Positions 25,450 to 39,928 are shown, counted from the stretch's first letter. The stretch is DNA of 64,000 nucleotides from Glycera tridactyla (GCA_965644265.1 OZ286461.1:30442001-30506000); one strand, 5' to 3'. Made by a program: numbers and translations. Notes: generated by a model from the sequence alone, not told the origin.

Positions 25450-25970
25450 TAATAGTGAAACCGGGGAAGGACTCCAATCCATCCTGTACCCATCTGCGTT
25501 CAACGCTCTGCCCAGGAAGGTGACTTGAAACAGCCGGAACTTATGAGGTTTGAGCTTGAGCTGCTTCTCAAAAAAGTGCTCGGAATTTTTTCTCTAGGAC
25601 GCTAGTGAGCTAGATGAGGGAACTCAAAAACTTTTCTAAGGCATTTTCTGACAAAGGCATTGGTGGAAGTGCCTTGTAATGAGTGACTTCTGCTTCAATC
25701 TGAAGTACTCATGATGGGGCTTGCTCTACTTTGGTGACATACACATCACCACATAGTGGCTCCAGAGCAGACTTCTTTGGTGGCTACTTTGAATGCATTG
25801 CAGGTAATCGCTGAGCTTCTCATCTATACAGGAAGCCAAGGATTGGAGCCTTGTATCAGGTGCAGAGGCTTGGCAAAGAAAGTCTTGAATTTCTGACTCA
25901 ATATATCTGCTTGCCAAATCATCCAGAATTGCAGCTTTCATTGCTGAGCCGAGATTCCTGATCTGCAAGT
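25450..25970 (-). pseudogene. Ty3/Gypsy pol (RT) fragment (also in units 2 and 3)
   Basis: Minus translation QLKLKPHKFRLFQVTFLGRALNADG resembles the Gypsy RT LKLKPxKC...FLG motif. Confidence 0.55.
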
Positions 25971-25977
25971 GTCTTGA

Positions 25978-27900
25978 TTAGCCTGTCTTTGAGGGGCGAG
26001 ATGATGCTGGCTGTTGGCATCTTTGTGTCACATAGCAAGGTCGCAACAGTTTTGAGTCCTCAGCGGTATGGAGTGGGTCAAACACAGCATCACGCTCAAC
26101 AGAATCATTGCCAAATGGTGCAGTATCCCCCGATGAATCCAGATGCATCTTGTGACATCTGTGTGAAATATTCCACAAGGCGGGAATATTTAGCATTCAT
26201 GTCAAGTAAATTCAAGTCACTCTCCAGGAAACGCCAGAGAGAAGTCACAAGCTTTGACAGAATACCGAGTACCTTCACCCATGCCTGAACAATTGGGTTC
26301 TCTATATCCTCAAACACTGCTTTTTCAGGCGCTTTTTCAGGAGGGTGCATTTCAGAAAAAAAATTGAATGATCCGATTGCGATGGTAGTGAATGAATTGA
26401 GCAAGAACAAATACAATATCAGATCGATTGTGCTCAAATCGAACAAAAAAAACCTCTCATCCTCTGATGCACAGAAAACAGAAAAATCCCTGTGGCAGCC
26501 ATTCTTTTCATTTCCACCACAGGCCACGCATTTACTTGATGCACATATCGAATGAAATGTGCTGGCCCCTGACTCATGGTGGTACACATGTACCTGTGCA
26601 GAATCCTGGTGAGCCTTCTCGAATTCATGGATGGCGTGAGTGGCAACATCAGCAAAATGTATGAGTAAATGTAATCCACAATAGAAATGATTTAGGCAGG
26701 TCATCGCTTCTTGTTGATGTTCACTCAGCTTATTGGAATTCTTCACCGCAAAAGGCATGACCTCTGCAACATAATTGTCCAACAGCTTGTTGAATGCAAC
26801 TTCTGTGGCTGCCCGATCTGACATCATGTTTTTTTTTATTTTACCCATTATCAAATGCCTGTGTCACTATCACTATTGTAGATGTCACTCACGGTTTCTT
26901 TGACGGTGTTGAGAGTGGTCTGACTGCTTTTATTCGATATCTCTCTCAAACCGAGAACCATTGGTGTACGATCTTCCTTTGTGATGGCATATATATTATA
27001 ACAGTGCCCAGATTGTCGGGTTTCATGTGTTTAATATGGTGTTAGAGGCCTCTGGTAACACAGCAGACACATAAAGAGCAACAGCAGCTTCACAAGCAAC
27101 AATATTATCAACAGTCTGTCTGCTCCGGATTCTATATTGTACTTTGCCACACAGGCCTAGACACTGATGACATCTCCAATTCTATGGTTGACCACATTCA
27201 AATTGTCGAGATTCATCACAACTTCTATACACGGCAACAAAAAAGGTATTCACATGACTTCTCAAGTTTATCATTGCGAATTTTCAAATCTGCCATCTCT
27301 CTTCTCAATTCATCATCATCACTTTCAGTTTTTGGTCAAAGTGACCTCCAAAATCTTGATCCAGTTTTCCAGCTCAAGATTTCCCTGTTCGAATTTTGTG
27401 TTTGCATCCTTGGGCATTGAGATTGAAGATGGATGTTTGAAGAAACTGTAGACCTGGCCTGCTCAAGCTCAAATTTGCGCACCTTCTCAGAATGCAAATG
27501 TCGTTTGAATGATATGTTCTGATGGTTGCTAACATCATATTTGGCTAATAAGGGATTGTACTTTCGATCTGACTGATTTACCTGTTCTCTGAATTTCTTG
27601 CATTTGTCATGTAATGCAGAAATTTGACTATTACCAGGAGATACGCCAGGAGCTTCTCCCCGAACACATGGAGCTGGCAAGTTCGAAGATGACTGGGGCT
27701 CATTTGCAAAATGGAGTTGATTAAACTCAATGCAGTCTCTTTCATCAAAACCATTTTACAATTGAGTATGAACAGAGATGGACAGGATAAACTATATCAA
27801 TACAACCACGGAGTAATTGTGCGCTCATTCAAAAGTGTCTCCATTAATGATGGACTTGATCAACAACAAAAGAAGTGTAACTACTGTGTGTATACTGTTG
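25978..27900 (-). pseudogene. DDE-type transposase remnant with CxxH motif, superfamily unresolved (also in units 2 and 3)
   Basis: NTDET (putative D1), LGLREISNKSSQTTL, MSDRA (putative D2), NHFYCGLH, RFDIVF, LGILSKLV; several frameshifts. Confidence 0.6.
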
Positions 27901-30900
27901 CCAACGACGAAAACAAGTGATCACTGCATAAATACTGTTGCAACCGACATGGGCGTCGTGGCCATTTTGTATGTAAACAAACCCGCCCTGCCGCAGCAAG
28001 ATGGGCGTTTGGTGGTGGGCAAAATGTTGGCACCAGTAGCATCTCACTGGTTCTGGTATGTAAATCCGGGTTTTTCTGGTGCCCAATGCACCTTGCTCTA
28101 CCTGTGTTAGGATTTCTCCCTTTGCCCAAAGTTTTATTGTTGTGGTTGAATAGGCTTCCCTGCAGTGATGGTCGTATTTTGTTTGTCTTGGCTTTTGATG
28201 AGGATGGTATCTTCTGGAGGAGATATTTTGATGGGACATCCAGAGTGATGCCCATCACTACAAAGTTCCTTGAAACAAACTTTCTCCTCACCCAGCATGT
28301 TGGTTTTCCTGATCTGATCTGCTACCTCCTGATCGTCTGTTGTGATCAAATAAGTGTTACCCACTGGATGGGCTAACAATGTCCACTTTTTCTCCAGTTC
28401 CATCACGACACTAGGGAGTTCTGAACTCCCGCCATTGTGTGATTCGAAATTGGGCCATGGCCCTCCTTAACTTCAGACACAGTCCCAGTGAAACCAGGGA
28501 AGGACTCCAATCCATCCTGTACCCATCTGCGTTCAACGCTCTGCCCTGGAAGGTGACTTGAAACAGCCGGAACTTATGAGGTTTGAGCTTGAGCTGCTTC
28601 TCAAAAAAGTGCTCGGAATTTTTTCTCTAGGACGCTAGTGAGCTAGCTGAGGGAACTCAAAAACTTTTCTAAGGCATTTTCTGACAAAGGCATTGGTGGA
28701 AGTGCCTTGTAATGAGTGACTTCTGCTTCAATCTGAAGTACTCATGATGGGGCTTGCTCTACTTTGGTGACATACACATCACCACATAGTGGCTCCAGAG
28801 CAGACTTCTTTGGTGGCTACTTTGAATGCATTGCAGGTAATCGCTGAGCTTCTCATCTATACAGGAAGCCTAGGATTGGAGCCTTGTATCAGGTGCAGAG
28901 GCTTGGCAAAGAAAGTCTTGAATTTCTGACTCAATATATCTGCTTGCCAAATCATCCAGAATTGCAGCTTTCATTGCTGAGCCGAGATTCCTGATCTGCA
29001 AGTGTCTTGATTAGCCTGTCTTTGAGGGGCGAGATGATGCTGGCTGTTGGCATCTTTGTGTCACATAGCAAGGTCGCAACAGTTTTGAGTCCTCAGCGGT
29101 ATGGAGTGGGTCAAACACAGCATCACGCTCAACAGAATCATTGCCAAATGGTGCAGTATCCCCCGATGAATCCAGATGCATCTTGTGACATCTGTGTGAA
29201 ATATTCCACAAGGCGGGAATATTTAGCATTCATGTCAAGTAAATTCAAGTCACTCTCCAGGAAACGCCAGAGAGAAGTCACAAGCTTTGACAGAATACCG
29301 AGTACCTTCACCCATGCCTGAACAATTGGGTTCTCTATATCCTCAAACACTGCTTTTTCAGGCGCTTTTTCAGGAGGGTGCATTTCAGAAAAAAAATTGA
29401 ATGATCCGATTGCGATGGTAGTGAATGAATTGAGCAAGAACAAATACAATATCAGATCGATTGTGCTCAAATCGAACAAAAAAAACCTCTCATCCTCTGA
29501 TGCACAGAAAACAGAAAAATCCCTGTGGCAGCCATTCTTTTCATTTCCACCACAGGCCACGCATTTACTTGATGCACATATCGAATGGAATGTGCTGGCC
29601 CCCCTCATGGTGGTACACATGTACCTGTGCAGAATCCTGGTGAGCCTTCTCGAATTCATGGATGGCGTGAGTGGCAACATCAGCAAAATGTATGAGTAAA
29701 TGTAATCCACAATAGAAATGATTTAGGCAGGTCATCGCTTCTTGTTGATGTTCACTCAGCTTATTGGAATTCTTCACCGCAAAAGGCATGACCTCTGCAA
29801 CATAATTGTCCAACAGCTCGTTGAATGCAACTTCTGTGGCTGCCCGATCTGACATCATGTTTCTTTTATTTTACCCATTATCAAATGCCTGTGTCACTAT
29901 CACTATTGTAGATGTCACTCACGGTTTCTTTGACGGTGTTGAGAGTGGTCTGACTGCTTTTATTCGATATCTCTCTCAAACCGAGAACCATTGGTGTACG
30001 ATCTTCCTTTGTGATGGCATATATATTATAACAGTGCCCAGATTGTCGGGTTTCATCTGTGTTTAATATGGTGTTAGAGGCCTCTGGTAACACAGCAGAC
30101 ACATAAAGAGCAACAGCAGCTTCACAAGCAACAATATTATCAACAGTCTGTCTGCTCGGGATTCTATATTGTACTTTGCCACACAGGCCTAGACACTGAT
30201 GACATCTCCAATTCTATGGTTGACCACATTCAAATTGTCGAGATTCATCACAACTTCTATACACGGCAACAAAAAAGGTATTCACATGACTTCTCAAGTT
30301 TATCATTGCGAATTTTCAAATCTGCCATCTCTCTTCTCAATTCATCATCATCACTTTCAGTTTTTGGTCAAAGTGACCTCCAAAATCTTGATCCAGTTTT
30401 CCAGCTCAAGATTTCCCTGTTCGAATTTTGTGTTTGCATCCTTGGGCATTGAGATTGAAGATGGATGTTTGAAGAAACTGTAGACCTGGCCTGCTCAAGC
30501 TCAAATTTGCGCACCTTCTCAGAATGCAAATGTCGTTTGAATGATATGTTCTGATGGTTGCTAACATCATATTTGGCTAATAAGGGATTGTACTTTCGAT
30601 CTGACTGATTTATCTGTTCTCTGAATTTCCTGCATTTGTCATGTAATGCAGAAATTTGACTATTACCAGGAGATACGCCAGGAGCTTGTCCCCAAACACA
30701 TGGAGCTGGCAAGTTCGAAGATGACTGGGGCTCATTTGCAAAATGGAGTTGATTAAACTCAATGCAGTCTCTTTCATCAAAACCATTTTACAATTGAGTA
30801 TGAACAGAGATGGACAGGATAAACTATATCAATACAACCACGGAGTAATTGTGCGCTCATTCAAAAGTGTCTCCATTAATGATGGACTTGATCAACAACA

Positions 30901-32643
30901 AAAGAAGTGTAACTACTGTGTGTATACTGTTGCCAACGACGAAAACAAGTGATCACTGCATAAATACTGTTGCAACCGACATGGGCGTCGTGGCCATTTT
31001 GTATGTAAACAAACCCGCCCTGCCGCAGCAAGATGGGCGTTTGGTGGTGGGCAAAATGTTGGCACCAGTAGCATCTCACTGGTTCTGGTATGTAAATCCG
31101 GGTTTTTCTGGTGCCCAATGCACCTTGCTCTACCTGTGTTAGGATTTCTATCTTTGCCCAAAGTTTTATTGTTGTGGTTGAATAGGCTTCCCTGCAGTGA
31201 TGGTCGTATTTTGTTTGTCTTGGCTTTTGATGAGGATGGTATCTTCTGGAGGAGATATTTTGATGGGACATCCAGAGTGATGCCCATCACTACAAAGTTC
31301 CTTGAAACAAACTTTCTCCTCACCCAGCATGTTGGTTTTCCTGATCTGATCTGCTACCTCCTGATCGTCTGTTGTGATCAAATAAGTGTTACCCACTGGA
31401 TGGGCTAACAATGTCCACTTTTTCTCCAGTTCCATCACGACACTAGGGAGTTCTGAACTCCCGCCATTGTGTGATTCGAAATTGGGCCATGGCCCTCCTT
31501 AACTTCAGACACAGTCCCAGTGAAACCAGGGAAGGACTCCAATCCATCCTGTACCCATCTGCGTTCAACGCTCTGCCCTGGAAGGTGACTTGAAACAGCT
31601 GGAACTTATGAGGTTTGAGCTTGAGCTGCTTCTCAAAAAAGTGCTCGGAATTTTTTCTCTAGGACGCTAGTGAGCTAGCTGAGGGAACTCAAAAACTTTT
31701 CTAAGGCATTTTCTGACAAAGGCATTGGTGGAAGTGCCTTGTAATGAGTGACTTCTGCTCCAATCTGAAGTACTTATGATGGGGCTTGCTCTACTTTGGT
31801 GACATACACATCACCTTAAAGTGGCTCCAGAGCAGACTTCTTTGGTGGCTACTTTGAATGCATTGCAGGTAATCGCTGAGCTTCTCATCTATACAGGAAG
31901 CCTAGGATTGGAGCCTTGTATCAGGTGCAGAGGCTTGGCAAAGAAAGTCTTGAATTTCTGACTCAATATATCTGCTTGCCAAATCATCCAGAATTGCAGC
32001 TTTCATTGCTGAGCCGAGATTCCTGATCTGCAAGTGTCTTGATTAGCCTGTCTTTGAGGGGCGAGATGATGCTGGCTGTTGGCATCTTTGTGTCACATAG
32101 CAAGGTCGCAACAGTTTTGAGTCCTCAGCGGTATGGAGTGGGTCAATCACAGCATCACGCTCAACAGAATCATTGCCAAATGGTGCAGTATCCCCCGATG
32201 AATCCAGATGCATCTTGTGACATCTGTGTGAAATATTCCACAGGGCGGGAATATTTAGCATTCATGTCAAGTAAATTCAAGTCACTCTCCAGGAAGCGCC
32301 AGAGAGAAGTCACAAGCTTTGACAGAATACCGAGTACCTTCACCCATGCCTGAACAAGGGTTCTCTATATCCTCAAACACTGCTTTTTCAGGCGCTTTTT
32401 CAGGAGGGTGCATTTCAGAGAAAAATTGAATGATCCGATTGCGATGGTAGTGAATGAATTGAGCAAGAACAAATACAATATCAAATCGATTGTGCTCAAA
32501 TCGAACAAAAAAAAAACCTCTCATTCTCTGATGCACAGAAAACAGAAGAATCCCTTTGGCAGCCATTCTTTTCATTTCCACCACAGGCCACGCATTTACT
32601 TGATGCACATATTAAATGAAATGTGCTGGCCCCTGACTCATGG

Positions 32644-32820
32644 CAACAGAAATGACACCTTGAGTGTCTGTGAATTTCATAAATTTTCGCCTTCTGTTGG
32701 GGATCCAGAAAGAGGAGTTTTGAATGATCCCACCCATGCCCATTGCATGGGCGTCACAATATAGCCCAGATGGAGCTGACGTGACGTTAAACCCCCAACA
32801 AAACAAACAAACAAACAAAA
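32644..32820 (+). mobile_element. SINE-A (subfamily A2, AAAC tail)
   Basis: 12-bp TSD CCTGACTCATGG (32632-32643, 32821-32832); empty site at ~26568. Confidence 0.95.
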
Positions 32821-34311
32821 CCTGACTCATGGTGGTACACATGTACCTGTGCAGAATCCTGGTGAGCCTTCTAGAATTCATGGATGGCGTGAGTGGCAAC
32901 ATGTATGAGAAAATGTAATCCACAATAGAAATGATTTAGGCAGGTCATCGCTTCTTGTTGATGTTCACTGCTATTGAAATTCTTCACCGCAAAAGGCATG
33001 ACCTCTGCAACATGATTGTCCAACAGCTTGTTGAATGCAACTTCTGTGGCTGCCCGGTCTGACATCATGTTTTTTTTTTATTTCACCCATTATCAAATGC
33101 CTGTGTCACTATGACTATTGTAGGAGATGTCACGGTTTTTTTGACGGTGTTGAGAGTGGTCTGACTGCTTTTATTAGACATCGCTCTCAAACCGAGAACC
33201 ATTGGTGTACGATCTTCCTGTGTGATGGCGTATACATTATAACAATGCCCAAATTGTCGAGTTTCATCTGTGTTTAATTTGGTGTTAGGAGGCCTCTGAT
33301 AACACAGCAGACACATGAAGAGCAAAAGCAGCTTTAGAAGCAACAATATTATCAACAGTCTGCTCGGGATTCTATTTTGTACTTCGCCACACAAGCTTAG
33401 ACACTAATGACATCTCCAATTCTATGGTTGGCCACATTCAAATTGTCAATATTCATCACAGCTTTTATACACTGAGGTGTGAAACACCTTTGCTGTTAAT
33501 CATATAATGGACCTAACCTATTGTTGTTCAACAAATCCTCAAGGTATCTACATGACTTCTCTAGTTGATCATTGCGAATTTTCAAATCTGCCATCTCTCT
33601 TCTCAATTCATCATCTTCACTTTTCAGTTTTTCGTCATGAACAGCAGGACCAGCAACAGTGACCTCCAAAATCCTGATCCAGTTTTCCAGCTCAAGACTT
33701 TCCTATCTGAATTTTTTGTTTCGAGTATAAATAGAGATGGACAGGATATCAATACAACTACAAGGTAATTGTGTGCTCATTCGAAAGTGTCTCCATCAAT
33801 AATGGACTTGTGATCAACAACAAAAAGAGTGTAATTACTGTGTACCAATGACGAAAACAAGTAATTACTGGATAAATACTGTTGCAACTGACGAATACTG
33901 TTTGAAGAGTTTCCATATTTACATGGATGATTTGCACACAAAAAATCAACACCTTTTAGCAACGCATATGCTCACTCATCAGGGCAATTCATGGTGACTG
34001 AATTGGCGGGCACATGTGGGGCGAATGAGACTGAACAACGACGAAACAAGTAAATAATGAATAGATAGGACGAATACTGGCGACTAAATCGGCGGCCACA
34101 TTTGAGGCAAATAGACTGAACAAAGACGAAACAAGTAACTAATGAATGATTACGACAAATACTGTTCCCATATTAAGATATAATTTGCACCAAAAAATCT
34201 TTTAGCAACCTTTACGCTTTAGAAACCCAGTGCATGCCGACTGGTATGTCAAAGGCCGGCTGTGTTTATAGTCTTCCTGTATGCACATGAAAGGTTTCAA
34301 CATTTCCAGTT

Positions 34312-34866
34312 TTTCTGTCTGATATAATCAAAGGTGGTTGAAAGGACATTAAACCCCAAACAAACAAAACTCCCTCTCCAGGGCAAATCACGGTGACTGA
34401 ATCAGTGGTCACATTTGAGGCAAATAGACACATCAATGACAGAACAAGTAACAATGCATAAATATGACGAATACTGTTCAATGTGTTACCATATTTACAT
34501 GAATGATTTGAGGCATTTGCAGCGTCTATTTCTCTACACACGTATACAGGTTAGTTTCTCTGATAGCCAAATATCTTGCAGATCAATATATCCACTTTCC
34601 CTTGTGATCTTTTTGTCTGATATAATCAAAGGTGGTTGAAAGGACGTTAAACCCCAAACAAACAAAACTCCCTCTCCAGGGCAAATCACGGTGACTGAAT
34701 CAGTGGTCACATTTGAGGCAAATAGACACAACAATGACAGAACAAGTAACTAATGCATAAATATGACGAATACTGTTCAATGTGTTACCATATTTACATG
34801 AATGACTTGAGGCATTTGCAGCGTCTATTTCTCTACACATGTATACAGGTTAGTTTCTCTCTGATA
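34312..34866. repeat. ~300-bp direct tandem duplication including a LINE-tail end
   Basis: 34312-34566 is near identical to 34611-34866. Confidence 0.9.
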
Positions 34867-34894
34867 GTCAAATATCCTGCCCAGGAATAAATGT

Positions 34895-36545
34895 AATCAT
34901 GCCATTTTGGGCAATGGCAACTAAATCTTTCGCAGTGTTGTGTTTCATAGTCAGACCATGTCAGTGCCTGGACTTCAAGATGCTGTGGTCTTTCTATAAA
35001 GAAGTCTGTATAGTCAATAGTACACCTCAGCTAAGAATAACTAATAGCAAGAGACTGTGGCATATGTGCAAGTATGGTGGCTTTGTCTTGCCAGCACACG
35101 CGATTTCAGTTCGAGCCAACATCTTCACCCAGGTGTTAAAGATATGGCTGCATGTACTGGCACCACAGATTGTTTGGAATGCCAAGTTTCATTAGCACCA
35201 AAACAAGCTCTTCTCTAGGCTTTAGTTTGCGCCTGGGGCCAGATTTCTGTGGTGTCTTGGCTAGCTGACCTGTCACTCTCATTAACTTCACTTTTTTTCG
35301 ACCAACCCAGTACCGCAGTTTGGTGACTTTTGGCTCAAGATATTTGAGATTGTGGTTTTGGGCCCGTTGCTTGATTTGCCTCCTTCAAAGAGTTGACTTG
35401 TTGCAGTTCCAGAATTCGTTTTTGTTTTTGTAGACACCCTTCACAAACACGGTCTGCACTACAGTCACAATTGGTAACTGTAGACCGCATGGTCCCATCC
35501 GGATTCCTTTTCCTCAGTCAGAACTGGTTCACTTGCTTATGCTGCCAGTGTCCTTTTTCTCGGGTGAAGACCTTGCTTTTCATTCCTGCAACATGAATTA
35601 GAGATGATCAACTGGTATGAATATCCACTGGTAAAGTATATGAATTTGAGATTTGCAGGCATGCAGTTTTCCATTCTACTATCATATTTGCTTGAAATTT
35701 CAATGTATAGCCCGGGCAATGCTGATGAAATTAAAGCAACCAAACAACATATCTGGAGTGATCTCTTGTTGAGTAGTTTCCCACTGAGAACAAACAGTGA
35801 TGCAGTTGAACCTGTCAATAAAGACCGCATTCGATTGCGTCAAAAAGTGGTTTTCATAAACAGGTAGTCTTTACAGGGGTCATTTACTGTTGAAAATACT
35901 ACCACAGTTGCAGCTCAGGGTGGCATTTATATAGAGTACCTGTCATGGGTGACCATCCCCTCACTAGAAACTACATTCCCAGAGCATCTCATGGTGACAG
36001 GCCAACTCTTTTCAATGATGATTGATGTTTCGAACTGACAAATTCATTCCATGTATGTCCTGTCTATGTATGGATGTTCACCTGTCAAGTATTACCATTC
36101 AGTATTTATTACATTGTGGAGTTACTGTAAATAAACAAAATTACTATGAATCAATACTTGAAATTTGCTTTTTCTCTGGAATGTAGGGATGCATCAAAAA
36201 GTTTGAAAATTTAACGGAATGAGTTTTGATTGCAGCATACAACCTTTATCATCTGATGAATTGCAGACATACCTGCTCTAACTTGTAACCAAGGTGCATT
36301 GTAGGGTCAGGAATTTTTTCTGTTGGCTGCACCTCCTCAACCTGACGGCTGCAGACTAGAAAATATCTGTACGGACACCAGTTCTTGGCTTGGCCTTTCT
36401 TCCCAGCTACCTTCCAGGTGACCAACTTCGTCCAGGCACCTCCCCTGTCAGCATCACTTGGGAAGGGGAATAGCTGAAAAGGCTTCTGACAGTCACAATC
36501 TTCAGACCCATATTGGCACTCATCACAGACCTGCTGTCTCAAGCT
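34895..36545 (-). mobile_element. ISL2EU/Harbinger-like transposase remnant (THAP, HTH, start of DDE_Tnp_4)
   Basis: THAP LFPFP...W...W.P...VCS...PT...PTMHLGY (36249-36542); HIFNTWVKMLAR; IDYTDFFIERPQHLEVQALTWSDY / KHNTAKDLVAIAQNG (~34900-35020); truncated. Confidence 0.8.
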
Positions 36546-37219
36546 TTCGATGGTATATGTACTACATCCCAGTCAATGACAGCACAAATCCTCATGTTAT
36601 GAAGCTACTGAGCAGAATCAATCCACTCTGTAACCTGCAAAAAGGCAGATACAAATACTGACAATCAAACAAAGCCTACACCAAAGTAACACTCGGTTCT
36701 ATGACCAAAAATCATATATTCCATACATTGTTCACAAACCTGTGACATCAAAATCACATTCTAGCCTGCATGAACATGAACATGCCACTCTAAACTTATC
36801 TGGATTGGCAAATGAAGAAATTACCTGTAGTGATCAGATTAGTCAATGAGGAACAGTGTCCAATCTAGAAATTTACTTCAGTGGGGAATGCCCCCATCTC
36901 TCTGTTTTCAGGGAAATAGGGCATTTTAAGAGGGAGGAGGATTTTTTCCAGGCAATACAATCTACATGTCGATGTAAGAAATGAGTTTCGTCGTGTGGCC
37001 AGGTGGAACAACTACGTAGGGAACAGAATAGACAATGTGATTTACGGACATGCGCAGTTGGTAAGCTCTTGTCCACAGCATGAATGGACTGATCTAGCTC
37101 AGTGCAGAAGCTGAAATCCTCGAATCCCCCAGCATACTGATCATCATTTGCATCATCAGCCTCTACATCATTTACTTGGTCAAGGGATCTCTTGCCTCCA
37201 GCTGACTCGGGAATCTTAT

Positions 37220-39880
37220 CTATAATGATAGTATGTACATACCTGAAATAAGCTCGCATTGCATTTAAAACTCTTGAAGATAGCTCTTTATACTCAGGTT
37301 CTCGTCCATGCTGAACTAGTAATTTGAGAGTTGCATGTGCGGTTTTCCCATTTATGTTAAAAGCACTCATACCTGTTGGGTCACACACTAAAACAGGGTC
37401 AGCTCCAACAAATGATGCAGTAAAAACATGTAACCACTCAACAATTGTTTTCATCAGGAAGGATTCACCAGTTCCGGCCGCATCTGTCACAAATATACGT
37501 AGTTGGGAGTCGTCACTTCGGAATGTGTAGTAACAGCTGAAAATACGGCACTCTGATCAGGTGTCAACTTTGTTATTCTTGCATTTGAAATCATTTACAT
37601 AACTGTCTTGCAAAGCATTATTGTCCACACCATTGATGTCAGTCATATTACTATTTTGAAGAAGGTTTGCTGTGATAAACTGATGATCAGAAGATATTAT
37701 ATCTGGTGCAGTGTTTGGGATCTTAAGTGTTAGGAGCAATACTTACTCCTATCTCATCACTAGAAATTTCAGTCATTTGTATATCTCTATGCAGGTCTTG
37801 AAGGTATGACTCATGTTGGAAGTCTGATATTCAAGAGATGATACTTGTGACTGAAGGCATCTTTAGCAGTAGCAAATGGTTCAGCTAGAGAAGAGGGGAA
37901 TGGAAATATGCATCAGTGTGTCTTGGAAATGTGGGTGTCCTAATAATTACAGGTACAGCTCTCTTCTGCCTAATTCCGCCTGACTTCAATTGAATTCGAG
38001 GTTGTGAGCATGGAGAGACTACGACAGACTGGTCAGAGGAACATTTGTACATGGATGCAAACTTATATAGCGACTTATTAGCCATATCATTAGGGCAATC
38101 TATGTAACAATCAATGATATTTAGATGGAATATGTCTACGATTTGGGGGCAGATGATCTCGAACTGATTTTGGCTCGAGTAATTTATGTCTCATGTGCGG
38201 GCCTACTATTAACATAGATTACACTGTGCGATGACCATGTCAATTGTTAATGTCCTACACGGGCTGCAGCCTCTTGTGCACTAAGGCGTCTTGATTTTAG
38301 AACACAATTACCAACAAGTGCTAATTGTTTCCATATGGATATAGGCTGGCTTGACAAATTAATATCTAATATTGTTCTGGAAAGAGATTCTTTTAGGTCA
38401 TCTGGCTCTGCTTTAGTTATATATGAAGGGACATGAAAAGCTAACCCATGAGCATCACTAGCCATCTGAATATCCATATTTGCTCTCTACCTTCTTAATA
38501 GAATAGGATTGTATGCCTTCACATACTCATCTCCTTTCATTCGCTCGGTTTCGTAAAACTTCCTCTGTGGATTACTGATGTTAGCATTACCCATAATATT
38601 AGTGGACTGCGAAAGAGTTTTTTTCTGAAAACCAAAAACATCAATTTGATTTCATACATGACTGTGTATGATGATTTACCTGAAGCTTCATCACTATGGA
38701 TTTTTGACTTTATCGGGGGTCACAGTTGAAATAACATTGTCAAGAAACAATCTCTGCTGCAGAATTATTTCTAACAGTGGGAGCACTATAAATCCCAAGA
38801 AATATATGAACATGTGGACTTCAATTCTGGTCTCTAATCCTTACAAAAAGGTCCCTTCAAAATGAATTTGAAAAATGCCTTTCATCTCCGCTCGAAATGA
38901 ACTGATGTAAAAAGTTGATCTTTCTCATAGCATTTGGTATAGATGTGTAATCTGTTGAACTGGTGGCATTCTGATACGTATAGCCAGTCAGGAGTATTGC
39001 AAGTGGAGGCCAATGATTATCATCAGCTGATAAAGTAACCACCCTTAAGTAACCACCCTCACCACAAGGGAAAAGCCAAGGGAAAGCTAATTATTCCCCA
39101 CGTGAAATATCACTAATCCATATGGGCTGACTCGACTGTATAGGTAGTGTGATACTAGTATTGATAACCGAAGCTATATCCAAATCTGAGACAGTGTAAT
39201 CAACAGGTATGACCGAAGCTTGTGGCCCACTGGATAAAGCCTGACTAATTGTTGTTGCCATCACAGTGTCAGTCTCACAAGATGGACTAATAATATCAGG
39301 GAAATTTGCATACAAATGATTGTGTTCCTTGAGCTAAAGCTGCCTTAACCTTATGGAAATCTGCAACTTTTTCAGCCTCAATAGTGGAGTCTTTGTCTAT
39401 CTTGTGCATGTGAGACTACAATGGAATGTTCACTTCTTATTGACTGCAATTGATCATTAAATTTTCTCAAATTCATTGGAAAATGTATAGAGACCTTTCC
39501 CAGCATATTGACCACTGGGTAATATTATAATTGTCATAAAGGTTCAAACCAGACTGACCATTCTTTTCTCAATAGGCCCTGTCGCAAGCAATCTGGGATG
39601 CTGTATGTAGTGCATTTGTCACTACAGCAGCTGGAATCTCCTGTTTTAAGAACGTTGAGCAACACTTACTGCATATTGCACTATCATGAAAAATTATAGT
39701 ATTCTTGCCCAAATATGAAACATAACCATCAGGCAAATATCAAATTTGCTCTGGAAAGAGACAGATCTGACAGGCAGAGCAAACAATTGTGCATATTTCC
39801 CTAATTGTAAGCTCATATATCTTCTCATCACCAGCAAGTTTTGATACATTAATGGCAGGAACTAGAGGTCTGGCGCTGCG
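37220..39880 (-). mobile_element. Helitron (Helitron2/Helentron-like) Rep-helicase remnant
   Basis: N-terminal CxxC and FMTIIILPSGQ...KG segment; NHHTQSC; YNPILL...ANMDIQ; SAQEA; PIF1 helicase AAGTGESF, PTGMSAFNINGKT, IIID; truncated after motif II. Confidence 0.85.
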
Positions 39881-39928
39881 TTCATCAGAATAACCTCACT
39901 ATTAGAAGCTTTAACCTTAGCCCCCCAC

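Larger units (their letters stand above)
24735..33891. repeat. ~3032-bp tandem array (three units) of a chimeric TE mosaic
   Basis: Identical ORFs recur at 25974/29007/32039; anchor CTGAACTCCCGC at 25371, 28421 and 31453. The outer ends (24735-25200 and ~32400-33891) are visibly more diverged than the central copies. Confidence 0.9.

Noticed and set aside
25190-32832. SINE-A as an introner: on the minus strand two insertions could be spliced out exactly (CAG|GT...CAG)
   Set aside because: Holds for only 2 of 4 TSD-defined sites, follows trivially from the GTT-rich reversed tail, and the hosts are dead TE fragments.
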